Under the pieces are notes generated by a model. That model had not been told where the DNA came from. It did no database searches and saw nothing but the letters and a program-made list of their open reading frames with translations. A program made the translations under genes and the position numbers. From the human T2T-CHM13v2.0 reference genome, Homo sapiens, in assembly GCF_009914755.1 (NCBI RefSeq), contig NC_060942.1: a stretch of DNA of 64,000 nucleotides; one strand, 5' to 3'. This document shows, in pieces, positions 63,865 to 64,000 of this stretch (position 1 is its first letter; the number at the start of each line of letters is the position of its first letter).

Positions 63865-64000
63865 TACATTACCAGAAACATTAATATAAAAGTAACATTT
63901 TCCTTGAGAAAAGCATACATTTCCCCCTTGACTTGCCAGTAGAGAACAATTTTAGGCTTAGACCATTTTGTAACTTGCAATATGATTGGGAGAAATACGT

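Larger units (their letters stand above)
63176..64000 (-). mobile_element. HUERS-P3-like internal sequence (env 3' end), continuing past the window
   Basis: Abuts the LTR; degenerate env TM tail (EAIKLQMVLQTEPHMDTPFF...PLFQQEVARK) across frames. Confidence 0.72.

Overview
Primate, most likely human, genomic DNA rich in Alu, L1 and ERV repeats. It matches the chr18q12.1 region at the 5' end of B4GALT6 and upstream of it. The only bona fide coding sequence is B4GALT6 exon 1 (minus strand, 6942-6828, donor G|GTAAGC), next to a large CpG island; 1-6827 is intron 1. The most interesting structure is one ~3.3 kb L1-mediated retrocopy on the minus strand (45716-48991), with a target-site duplication (TSD), a TTTT/AA nick site, an AATAAA signal and a decayed A-tail. 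It copies a multi-gene chimeric RNA: GOSR2 5'UTR and exons 1-4, then two LRRC37 LRR exons (72 and 75 nt), then an unidentified 140-nt exon, then a long terminal exon. That terminal exon reads antisense through LRRC37 exon 1, its CpG-rich promoter and the last exon of RDM1. The insertion therefore placed a CpG-rich promoter about 39 kb upstream of B4GALT6. Also present: a tailless 7SK retropseudogene, an AP-1-rich LTR10 solo LTR, LTR8, a nested MER5/MER4/HUERS-P3(LTR9)/Alu stack, MaLR LTRs, a 4 kb L1, about 30 Alus (two sites hit repeatedly at the same target), CTCF motifs and simple repeats. Gene and repeat-family names come from recalled sequences, not from database searches.
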